Below are positions 51,901 to 64,000 of a stretch of DNA of 64,000 nucleotides, piece after piece. The position numbers and the translations under genes are program-made. The stretch covers positions 13,764,001 to 13,828,000 of the forward strand of contig CM102285.1 of assembly GCA_046563655.1 (NCBI GenBank). The letters run 5' to 3'. Source of the stretch: Yuukianura sp. NJ FZ-2021. Taxonomy: Eukaryota. How positions within the stretch are numbered: the stretch's first letter is position 1; every line of letters starts with the position of its first letter. Below the pieces are notes generated by a model. The model did not search any database, was not told the origin of the DNA, and saw only the letters and a program-made list of their open reading frames with translations.

Positions 51901-54900
51901 CTTCTTTGAGAGATCCCGCCATAGTTGCTCTGTAGATTCTTCCAGTTGTACCGAAGAGTCCCCAATCGGTAAAGTACAACGAACCTTGACACGGATGGAC
52001 GACGATGGCACGCGGTCTATCCACATGGGCAATGTCTATTATGTCACTACCGTCCAAATTCATTGCATAGATTGACGAATTGGCCGAATCCGTCCAGTAT
52101 ATCTATCAAAAATTTCAAAATTTCAACATTCTTCCAATTTCCAAAAAAAAAAAGTTCAAAAAAGTGCTTTCAGCTTACCTTGTCATGAACCCAATCGTAT
52201 GCAATCTACAAAATCAACATTTGCTTCAGTTTAAGTTAGGATTTCAATAAAAATTTTAATTAGTTTAATTTAATTAGTAGAATTCTTACGCCTTCTGGAT
52301 TGATTGTTCTGTTGAGTACGATATGTATTGCGTCTTTCGTTGGTTTGGACGCTTCGAACCAGCCAATCATCGCATCCGGTCGGATTTGAGTAAAAACGAA
52401 CTTCTTGTCCCGATGATCAAAATCAAGTCCTACGACGTTCGTCAAGTTCGTGATTGGTTGAAACGGAACTTCGGTGTTCTTGGGATCAATATGAACACTT
52501 CTTATCTCCGACCGAGTAGCAAAGATCACATACTCATCAAAGTCAACACATTTTGCTCCACGTTTCATTCCGCTCGCACAGTCACAGACATAGTCAACTG
52601 ATCCAGCAGCAGCCGGAAGTGCAAAACACAATTGTTCACAGAAAGACTCTTTGCATGGATTTTGTTGTGGTTCCGGCTGAACGTTGATGTCAAATACTTG
52701 AACATCTCTGAGATTCGGTAAATTCGTGCGAATTGACTTGGCTTTGCTTGTATTTTGATACTTTGGAGCTTGGTAAAGGCCGCCAAGGTTTTTGTCAACC
52801 CAGAACACATCGTCTTTGAAAATGGTCACTCCAACGGGATTCGGAATGTTTCGGCGGACGACAACTCTCCCGCCGCCATTGTAGTTGACTTTCTGAATCG
52901 TATCTGAAATTCATAAAAAAGTTAGAAATTTTTTCAAAATTTTGTTAAAATTTTATATTTGTTAAGAAAACTTTGACCCACCCAAAGTACTGTCCACCCA
53001 ATAGAGGTCATGAGTCAAAATGTCAACAGTCAAATCCTTGGGAGCTACAATTCCACTTGTGACGATCGCTGTCCAATTGGATCCATCCAGATAAGATTTC
53101 CCAATTCGTGGAAACTGGCTCATGTCAATCCAGTATAGCAGTCGCTTCACAGGATTCAGCGCCAGTTCTCTCGGTGACTCCGCAGTTTTCTTGACCAGTA
53201 CTTTCCGGTAAGTTCCATCCATTTTGCAAACTTCCAAGTACGTTTCATGTGGAAACACATTTGTAAAGTACATTTGTCCAGCACTGTAGTCAATCGCCAA
53301 TCCCCGAATTCCATTGGATCCAATTCCAGTACTGATGACATGATATAGTTCAGTTCCATTGGGTCTCACTCGGTAGATTCCGTTGCTACTTGCCTTGTTG
53401 AAATTAACCCAGTAGATGTAATTGGCTGAAATGTGAACAGCCACTGTGACGATTGGATTTTCAGTAGTTGCTGAAATGGGGACCATTGCTTCATCTCCGG
53501 ACTCAACCGATACGCCACGAATGACATTACTTTGGGCCACGACTAAGAAGGACTTGAATGGACTGCATCCAGTGTCACCGTTGAGGCGGTAGCCAACGGA
53601 ACATTTGCATACACGGCCCTTGTTGGACGCTGGAATGCAGATTTGCTCACAACCGCCATTGGAATTTTGACACACGTGACTTGTCGAGCGTTTCCGGTAA
53701 ACTGTCATGTATTTCAAATCAGCTTCGTTTGTTAGAAGTGTCTTAGCATTTTCGCCGTTGAGGTCAACTCGAGTTATCTTCTCATAGACGCTGTATAAAA
53801 AAAAAGTTTCCAAAACTTTAGGACAAAACGTTAAAAATTTAGTAGGAAAATCACTCTTTTTAAATGACATAATTCCAAATTCCAAAAAGTTAAAAGTTTA
53901 GTAGGAAAATCACTCTTTTTAAATAACATAATTCCAAATTCCAAAAAGTTAAAAGTTTAGTAGGAAAATCACTGTTTTTAAATAACATAATTCCAAATTC
54001 CAAAAAGTTAAAAGTTTAGTAGGAAAATCACTCTTTTTAAATAACATAATTCCAAATTCCAAAAAGTTAAAAATTTAGTAGGAAAATCACTCTTTTTAAA
54101 TAACATAATTCCAAATTCCAAAAAGTTAAAAATTTAGTAGGAAAATCACTCATTTTAAATGACATAATTCCAAATTCCAAAAAGTTAAAAATTTAGTAGG
54201 AAAATCACTCTTTTTAAATAACATAATTCCAAATTCCAAAAAGTTAAAAATTTAGTAGGAAAATCACTCTTTCTAAATGACATAATTCCAAATTCCAAAA
54301 AGTTAAAAATTTAGTAAGAAAATCACTCTTTTTAAATAACATAATTCCAAATTCCAAAAAGTTAAAAATTTAGTAGGAAAATCACTCTTTTTAAATAACA
54401 TAATTCCAAATTCCAAAAAGTTAAAAATTTAGTAGGAAATTCACTCTTTTTAAATGACATAACTCCAATTTTCAAAACGTTAAAAATTTAGTAGGAAATT
54501 CACTCTTTTTAAATGACATAACTCCAATTTTCAAAACGTTAAAAATTTAGTAGGAAAATCAGTCTTTTTAAATGCATTTTTCTTTTAGTTCACAAGTTTC
54601 GCCGAAGTGTAGTTGCACAGTTCACAAAAATTACCTGTCCATGTAGTAGAGCCGAGATTCAAAAATATTCAGCGATTTCGGATTAGCTGACGGTTCCTCC
54701 AGAACCAATTGTGGATTTGACCCATCAGTGTTGACTGACCGAATCTATAAATTCAAAAATTGGGTCAAATCAAAATATAAACAATCAAAAAATTTCAAAA
54801 ATTGAATGATTTAAAAAAAATTGAGGTTTTACCTTCGAATCCATTGAGTAATACAGCACTTTCTTGTCATAGTCAATAGCCAATCCCATCGGTTTGTCAA

Positions 54901-57900
54901 TATCCTTCAGAAGAATCTTGGATTCAGTTCCGTCCATGTTCGCTCTGGCCAATTTGGTCGGGACGCCAGCACCTCCTTCATCAATCCAGTACATTTTCCT
55001 AGTGAAACAAACCACAAAATTAAACAATCTTCAAAAAATTACAGTTTTCAAAAAAATTCTTTTTTTTTTCCAAAATCATACCCTTCTGACGGATCCAGCA
55101 CAATAGTTTCCGGTCGAGCTACACCATCCACTCCACCATTGTTTCCAAGCAGAATAGATCTAAACTTGTTCTTCCCATCCACCTTGATCACTTCAATATT
55201 CGATGCTTCCTTGTTGCCAATATAAAGATTGCGACCCATCCAATCAAAAGCAATTGTATAAGGAGATCCAATTATTCCCGAGTCAGCTCCATTCAAAAAC
55301 TTGGTTCTATTGGACGATTCGGTTGAGTATTTGTACAAAGTACCCTGGAAAAGTTAAAAAAAATCAAAAACGATTTCAAAAAACTCTAACAAACCAACTT
55401 CAAAAGTCTTACATTGTCTCCACTTCCTTCAATCCAGTAAAACTCTCCCTTGAACTTATCATAGTCAATGACTCTTCCATGTTCAACTCCAACAATCGGA
55501 CTAAGGGATCCCGTCGTCGTGGTGGTCGCCGTTGACGTCGCCGGTGGTGAAATGGCGACATCCACAATCTGTGTTCCCTTCATCACAAGTAGAAATGGAT
55601 TGTCCTCTTCTATGCACTTGGTTCCTTCAACTCTAAATCCCGGACGACATTTACAAGTGAATCCTTGAGCACTCTTGGACAAGAGACAAAGTTGAGCACA
55701 CGATGCTTTCTTGCATGGATTCTCTGATACTGGCTGTAGACTGGGATGATGAACGGCCACACTCAAAGGTTGACTAATCAGATGATTCACGACCGATTGA
55801 TTGTTGCCTTCGAATTTGTGACAACTCAGAACACGGTTCAGTTGTCTATCGGTCCAGTATACAGTATCTTCAAAAAGTGAGAGCGAGTGGGGGTGGAGCA
55901 AGTAGTGACTTCCGGCAAGTACTTGACGTCGGTTTTGTCCATTGTAGTCAACAAAATCTACAAAATTATAAACTAATGAATCATAAATTAATCGGTTGTA
56001 ATCTATAAATCGATTACCTATGTAATCCAACTTGGAATCGGCAAAGTAGACTCGTTTGTTAGGGATGTCAAGAGTAATTCCATTTGGCCAAACTATTTTA
56101 GTTGACACAATGACTGTTCTGTTGCCCCCGTCAAGGTCAATTCTCTCAACTCTTGGATTGTCTCCCCAGTCTGTCCAAAACAAAAACCGAGCATCTGGAG
56201 TTGGGTCAATGACAATTCCTCTTGGTTGTGTCACATTGACATTGAATAGGATAACACGATTGGATCCATCTTCTTGACAAACTTCCAAAGTGTGGAGCCG
56301 ACTGTCAACGAAATACAAGAGTCGAGCGATCCAGTCAAACGCGATGCCCCTAATCAGAACAAATAAGATTCAAGTTAGAACAATTTCAAAAAATCATGAA
56401 GTTAATCCATTAATTTTGCTCTTACTCGACTAAATCCAATCCAGAAGCAAGAACTTCCTTTGGCTCATTTGCTCCTTTCTCCAGTCGCATGATCTTTTTC
56501 AGTTTCATGTCAGACCAAAACAACGTCCTGAAAAAAAAAATGAATAACTTGTTTTTGAAATTCGAGGTTACAAAAGTTTAACAATCACCAGCTCCGAGAA
56601 TCAGTAAATCGAAATTAGTAATCGGAGGAATCCAGCAGTAAATCGAAATTGTAATCGAAGTCTTACCCTGTTTGCATGTCACTTGTCGTTGCAACAACGT
56701 TTTCAACTTGGACTGGAATTCTGTCCAGCGTTTTCTGGTTGAGATCCGAAGTTAGAATGGAACGTCGATTGGAAATGACGAGATACGCAGAAGAGTGATT
56801 GGTTGCTTTACATTTGTATTTTCCGTCTAACAAGTATCCCTCAGAGCACATGCAGTAGAAACTTCCTTTGGTATTTACACATTGTTGACTGCATCTCATC
56901 TGTGCTCCAGTACATTCGTTGTAGTCCACACAAATGGAGCCATTGAGGACTTCTCCCTTGGGGCAAGTACACAGCGGTCCACTGGGCGTTTGGATACAAG
57001 TTGTACACAGAAGCTTGTTACATTCGTTGAGGTCACATGCTGGTCCTTCGTCACCGCCTGATGGACAGTCCGATGTCTTGTCACAAATTGACGTAGTGTT
57101 GATACACTTCTCAGTTTTTGGACACTGCCACTCTCCACTGTCACATTCAAATACTTTCTTGCAAGCATGTTTCTCAATTGACTCTGAAAGAAAAATAAGG
57201 CAAGGTCAAACGTCAAATCAAGTCAAAGGTCAAATTCATTTTCAGATTTCAAGATTCTTACCGTCTGAATTGTCTCCACAGTCATTGGATCCTAAAATGA
57301 CAAGACAAAAAGTACGTCAGATGCAATTCATTATAGCATTAATCGATTAATCTAAGTATGTTGAAATCTTACCATCACAAAGGTAAGTGTTGCTGACACA
57401 CTTTCCATTGTCGCATTTGAAGTATCCGTCAGTACATGGTTTAGCATTACAATTTGCTCCTTCGTCACTCTTATCGTCACAGTCCGCATTCCCATCACAA
57501 ATCCATTCTTTTGGAATACAAACTTTGCTACTGGCACACTGAAATTGTTTCTCCAAGTTGCATTCGTTGGCTTTCACTTCCGGGCATCCTTGCTCGTCAC
57601 TTCCATCGTCACAGTCAGGAATTCCTGAAAACAAGCATAAGAATCATGGATACATTAATCGATTAACTGGATTATACAACTTTTTGTCCACTAACCATCA
57701 CATTTGTATCCTTCGTGAATACATGACTTAGAATTGGAGCATTTGAACTGATTTTCACGACAGCTGACTGGTGGACATCCAACTTCATCAGTGCCATCGA
57801 AACAGTCGTTGTCACCATCACACAACCAAGAACTTGGAATACAATGTCCTGATCGTGGACAGGTAAATTGAAAGTATGCGCAAGTCTTTTCAGCACAAAT

Positions 57901-60900
57901 GGAAGATTCCTCATCAGATCCCTAGAAAAACATTCAAAACCAAACTCAAAACTCATTTTGAAAACTCAAAATTCACAAAGCACATAAAATGTTTTTTGAA
58001 AAGAGTTTCTTACATCTCCACAGTCATTTTCTGAATCACACTTCCATGTACTTGGAATGCATCGTTTGTTGGTACATGTAAATTGACTAGCTTCACAAGT
58101 CACATTTGCACATCCCATTTCATCGCTTCCTAAAAAAGAAAAAACCAAAAGCATTTTGAAAAACTTCAAAATTTTTCTAGAAAAACTTCACAATGTTTCG
58201 AAATTAGAAATTAGAGAAACTAAAACTTGATGAAAGCTAACCATCTCCACAATCATTTTCTGAGTCGCATTTGAATGACATTGGAATGCAGCGTCCAGAT
58301 TTACACTGAATTTCTGTCGCTGAACAAGTCGGTTTCGTACAATTCTTCTCATCACTAGCATCCAGACAGTCATCATCTCCATCACAAAGCCAACTAGAAG
58401 GAATGCATCTGTCATTGGCACAAGTGAAGTGCCAACTATTGGCACAAACTTTGACTGGTTCCGCATTCGGATCTCCAATGCAATTCTTCCCATCTTTGTC
58501 CAACTTCTCTCCTTGTGGACAGTCACACTTTGCTTCAATTCCAGACATGCCTTTATCCTTTCCACTCTTCGTTGGTACTGGAAAACAGAACTTCTGACAC
58601 CCTCCGTTGTTAATGCTGCATGGATGTGTTCGCTCCAACTTCTGATTTTGGCGGGAGTAAACTTTGACACTGTAGAGACGATTGGCATCATCAATTTTTG
58701 TCACAACTTGCTCATTTCCTCCGGATTCTTTGTGCAATCGGAAAATTGCATCAAGGCGCCAATCCGTGATGTAAACATAGTCGGAGTGGACGACGAGAGA
58801 AAACGGATGACGAATCAGCCGAGAGTTGATTGTTTTCACGTCACCTCCATTCAAGTCAGAGTGTTGCATGTGATCCAAAAGGGCATCCACCTTCAAACAA
58901 AAGCAGAATTTTAAGTTTTTGAAAAAGTTTCAAAATCTTGTAAAAAAAAAATAACGTTGTGGTTCGTACCCAATACAGTCTGTCACGATCGTAGTCGACA
59001 GAAAGTCCATTTGGCCATCCCAATAAAAGATTTTTGAAAACGATGATATTGGATCCATCGGAATTTGCTCTGGAAATGTTTGCTGGACGATCCCATTCTG
59101 AGAAAAACAAGTAGCCTTTGTTCGGATGAACGACAATTGCTCGCGGTCTTTTCAAATTTTTCAAAAGAACTTTCCGGTTCGTGACATTCCGGGTCGACAG
59201 GACCGACAATTCGCCACTTTTTGAGTCAATGTAGTACAGCAACTTACTGGCCCAATCCAGCGATAGCCCTCTGAAAATCAAAAACGAAAAATTTAGCAAC
59301 AAAATTAATATTCGTTGCAAATCTCGCTGCCAGTTGAAAATATTGGCCAATTTTTTAGGAGAATTGGGATATCTAATATCTTCAGTTAAGTGCCGTCCAT
59401 GGTGTGCATTCAGTTAAATACTTACTCGACGCCTTGATTTTGTGCTGCCAGTACAATTTCTGGATTGGTTCCATTTCGTTTCACCCGGTAAATGACGTCT
59501 TGTAGCACATCGGAGTAGTAGATGTACTCATCATACGAATCGTAGTCCAACCCCACAAATCTTGCACTGCGACTCACAACTGGCAGTATTGCGTCATTGA
59601 AATTCTCACTAACAGGATCCAGTACTTGACCTTTGACGAACTTGTGTTGAGTAAAGATAAGAAACTCATAGGCTCTGTTACACTGCCGTCGATCTTCCGC
59701 TAGTTGCCATCCGATGTGACAAGCACAAGAGAACCCAAGGACGTCCGTTCCACTTTCTTGTGACAAGACACAAAGATGTTCACAGCCACCATTGTTGGTT
59801 CCACAGGGAGACTCCACTGTGGGTTGCAGCAGAGAGTGAACTACACGAATTGCTCTGGGTTCACGAACAATTGATCTGTTTCTGTAAAGTGTTTGAAGTG
59901 AAGTGGCTCCTTTGTATTTGTCAACAGACAAAACTCCTTCTTTCGTTCCATCGGTAAAGTAAACTTTGGATTCAAATTGGGCCAGACGTGATGGAGCGGG
60001 AACATTCGTTGGGCCACGGACGACTGCAAAACGATTTTTGCCTTCGTAGTCCACCGTTTCAATGTAGTCCCTAAGACACAAAAGAAAAGTTTTGAATTTT
60101 CAAAATTCCGAAAAAGAGTTTCACTTTTTCAAAAATGTTTTTAGTAGCTTACAAAAGATTGTCGGACCAGTAGACCCTCTTTGTGATGATGTCCAGAGTG
60201 AGCCCAGTGGCTCTATAAACGGCTTCGTTCACGATATTCGTGATTCGTGTTCCTCCCATTGATGATCGAAGAACTCTAGTCGTGTCGGCGATAAACATAA
60301 GACCACGAGTAGGATCGAGAGCAATGTCGGATGGTGAGGTCAAGTTATGGGCAATTACAATAGTATGCCAACGACCATCGAGGCTAAAGATGTCAATTTT
60401 TTGTCCCACTGGAAAAAAATACAGAGTTACTTAGCGTTGAGACACGAAGATACCTAATTAGTTGTATTTCAGTCTTGTTCTTACGAGCATCACAGACATA
60501 AATGTTGTCACCAATCCAATCGATGGCAACGGCAACTGGTTGCCATCCGTTGCCTTCCGAAATCTCGTGACTTCTATTTAGTTTGTTCATGACAAATACT
60601 TTCTTGGTTTCCAAATCTGACCAAAGAAGCAAATCCTTTTTGACGTGGTAGTCCAGACCAGATCCAGAGGAAGTATTGACCCAAATCTGAGGAATAGGCG
60701 GCAACAAACGGTCATCATTAGGATAAACAATGTGACCATGAATTGTTCCAGTTTTTGGTACCGTTCTGTCTCCTCCCTTGAGATCCATTCTGTAAATGTT
60801 GGTATGATGTACAAAGAAAATCACGCCATTTTGATTGTTTGCTACACAACGATCGTCGATAAGCTTATATCCTGGAGCACATGAGCAGTCATATCCGCCA

Positions 60901-62563
60901 TCCTTGTTGACACAAAATTGATCACAGTAGCCCCATTCTGTACATTCGTTTTTGTCTGTACACGTTCGACTGTCGTTTCCAACTTTGTAGCCGCTCTTGC
61001 ACCCACAGATTCCACCTTCGATGCTTGGCAAGCATTTGTATTCACAATCCAGTGCAGAACAGAGAGTGGACGCTGGAAATAGAAACAGAAACATAAACGT
61101 TATCAATACGTATCGCTGGATTCAGGAACTTGTGACTTCAGAAAAGCTTACAACAAGCAGAGCCCTCGTCGGCAGAATCCTCACAATCCTTTTCGTTATT
61201 GCAAACAAGAGCCTTGTCGATACATTTTGGAGTTCCGTCTGTATTTCCCTTGGGACAGTAAAACTTTTCTCCTGGACACTTGACTATGGCGCAGTTAGCT
61301 TCGTCAGATCCATCCTCACAATCTCGACGACCCTCACATCGCCATCTCAATGGAATACAAAACTGATTCGCACATCGAAATTGATCTTTGGTACAGGGTG
61401 GAAATGAACAGTTTTTTTCATCACTTCCATCGGCACAATCACTTCGATCTAAAGAAAACACAATTATATGTGAATGCTTCTTGAAATCAATTGGTTTCGC
61501 TTTTTGATTAATCCTAAACTCACGATTGCATTTAAAGTAGGCCTTGTCAATACATTTCTCTCCATTTTCACAGGCAAACTGGTCATGAGTACATGAAGTG
61601 TTCCGATTGCAGCCCACTTCATCGCTTTTATCACGACAATCAAAGTATCCGTCACACTTTTTCGTGTGTGGAATACAGAGGCCGTTTCCACATTTAAAAT
61701 CGTTTCCAAAACAGTTCCGGTAAGCTACAATCATACAAGAGAAATGGTTATTGAAGAATTCTATTTACTTCATCTCATTCCAATCCAATTGATGAACTTA
61801 CAGCAGCCTTCTTCATCTGACCCATCTTCACAGTCCGGTTCTTTATCACACTTGTAGTAGGCTGGATAACAATAAGTACTGTTCCATTTGTACGTGGAAC
61901 ACTTGAGCAGACCGCTATCACATTCAGGAGGTGCTAAACAATTAGAATTACAAGAATTAGAAGTTATTAAATTAAATTCGAAACTTATGGCGAGAATTAA
62001 ATCCAATTTTTAAAAAATCCAAACTTACGGCAATCGACTTTCTCATCCTCCGCCCCCACACAATCAGCGTGCCAATCGCATACCCACCGTCTAAAACAGC
62101 AAATCGATTAATCAGTATCGCTAAACTAAAGGTCAACAAAGGTCAAATATCTCCAATTATGACTATGAGTATGACTCCAGCTCTTCCAGAAGAGGAAATG
62201 TTCACTACCGAGATCAGCTGGTTTTTGTGATTGTTTACATTTTGAATATTTCAAACTTCGCGGCAAAAAAAATTCAAAAACTCCCTCTTCCAGGATTCGG
62301 CCAATCAAATCGCTGGGAAAGGACGCTCCATTGTGCCAATTTTAAACTTGCTTTCACTCTCGCGCCGACTTTCACTTTCACTATTTTTTCAGTTTTTCCG
62401 TGAAAGTTGCTCGAAAGAAAAGAAAACGTTCGAACTATTTCGTAATCTTAATAAAACCTGAACAAATTGGCTTAATTGACTTACTTTGGAATACATTTCT
62501 CTCCTGTTTTGAGACCATTCGGTCCTGGGCATTTGAACTGATCTGATGAGCAGGTTATAGTTT
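43000..62563 (-). CDS. LRP2: Megalin / LDL receptor-related protein 2 (the 5'-most exons were not identified in the window)
   Basis: Four LDLa clusters separated by 2, 4, 1 and 1 YWTD propeller-EGF units (megalin architecture). TM segment [23 protein letters not shown]. Cytoplasmic SFRQGSNV and FSNPMY, ending [14 protein letters not shown]. Confidence 0.95.
53825..54575. repeat. 59-bp minisatellite, ~12.7 copies, in a megalin intron
   Basis: Unit aaagttaaaaatttagtaggaaaatcactctttttaaataacataattccaaattccaa; the pattern shifts by 1 nt per 60-nt line. Confidence 0.97.
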
Positions 62564-64000
62564 CTGGAAATTCAAAATTAAAATAAGTTTTCATAAAAAC
62601 GAAATTCATTTTTTCGCGTAATTTCGAAATTGCATGAACTCTCCATGGTGAACCATCTCCGGTCAAAACCTACCTTCAGAGAATACTTGAAGCTAAAAAA
62701 AAACAGTTTTGCACAAACAAATAAAAACTTCACACAATGGGAAGTTTTGAAAGACCATAAAAACAAGCGGGAGGGAACGATGGGCTAAAAGTGTAAACCA
62801 AATTAGCAAATCCGCAAGAACCATCCATAGAATAAGCAGAAAGCAAAGCATAATAACCTCAACCATCTCGCTCAAAAGACTTGTTTTGAAGTTTATCATG
62901 CACTTATATCCATCTTGTATTTTTTATGAGATCCCAAACAATGGGAAATCATTTTGAACTTTATGCCTCCTTCTGCGGCATCTCAAAACTTAAATTGAAA
63001 ACTTCAAAAATGAATTTCGCAACTTCAGCTTACACTTAAAACCTAAGCATAAGCTTAAATTTTAGCAGTTGGCTCTTAACTTTCTAACTCCACGCATGTC
63101 TCCCAAAGGCGACAGACGACATGTCCATGTCACCATCACATCAATCATTAGTGACATGATCAAAAAGTTGACAATTTCTGCTCAAACTCATTGCTCATAA
63201 CTTATCGATGACGATTCTAATCACATTCATAAATGATAAATATAGTAATTATTATGCAAAAATAACAAAGAGAAAATGTTTGTCATTTAGCACTAGACTT
63301 AATGTTTTCTTAGAATTATGCAAGACGCAAAAGTCTCATCTTTCTCGATGTTTGCTGACATCACAAATAACATTGCCAAAACATCTTCACTTTTTACAAA
63401 TGTAATTTTGCACACTCTGTCACTCTTTTAGCATGTCTTTTTAGTACCACAGGCACATACTAAACCACAAAACAAAAGGCATTCAATTCTGCACAGCCAT
63501 AATTATATACACGCATTGTTTGACGGCTCTAACGATCCTTAACTTTCATCTCCAGTGACGCAATCTCTAAACCAATCAGATTGCTTCCGATTAATCAAAA
63601 ACTGACCAATCAGAGAGCAGCAATTTGAAAACCCTGCAAAATTAACTATTTTGTTTGGCTTACATTTGCTAAATGTGAATTTAGGTTAACTCTGAGACTA
63701 AAAATTTGCAAAGTTGCAGTTTTTGTGCATGTTGAGGAGGATATGCTGATTGTTGAAAAGTGTTGTGTGTGACTGCAGTTTTTCTTTTGTTAAAGTAGGA
63801 AGGAAGAAGCAGAGAAAGAATTGTTATTAAACTAACTGTGATCAGTAAGGGATTTAAGTAGGTTAGGAAGACATACACATACTATAACTTACAACTTACA
63901 TGTAAAAGTACTGCAAAAGTACAAGGAAAAGCAAAGTATACTTTTACATTTGCTACTACTTCCCACGAGCACTTTGGAGGCTTTCTCGTCTTTAGTTACT

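Noticed and set aside
53825..54575. Regular repeat array resembling a CRISPR
   Set aside because: Head-to-tail units without unique spacers, inside a eukaryotic intron, with no cas genes.
43443..61857. Numerous plus-strand and alternate-frame ORFs overlapping megalin
   Set aside because: Antisense or out-of-frame shadows of the LRP2 coding exons.

Overview
Eukaryotic, AT-rich, gene-dense arthropod (probably hexapod) DNA with many short GT-AG introns of roughly 55-100 nt. It is not prokaryotic, and I saw no CRISPR array, rRNA or tRNA. Genes in order: Kidins220/ARMS (5' part), a C18orf21/RMP24-like Rpp21-type zinc-ribbon gene, a long-tailed tetraspanin, two tandem paralogous secreted precursors that I do not recognise (signal peptide, propeptide, REKR site, amphipathic helices), PSMB3, UQCR10, TPX2, ATP synthase epsilon, a divergent Tweedle-like cuticle protein, a CCDC113-like ciliary protein, neurogenin/tap, EFR3/stmA and a nearly complete megalin/LRP2 containing 10-21 nt microexons. 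Three unrelated-looking foldback/MITE elements share GGTTG...CAACC termini and perfect 8-bp target-site duplications; one places a ~410-bp hairpin in the TPX2 5'-UTR intron. There is also a 59-bp minisatellite. All identifications come from reading the sequence and from recalled family motifs; no database search was run.
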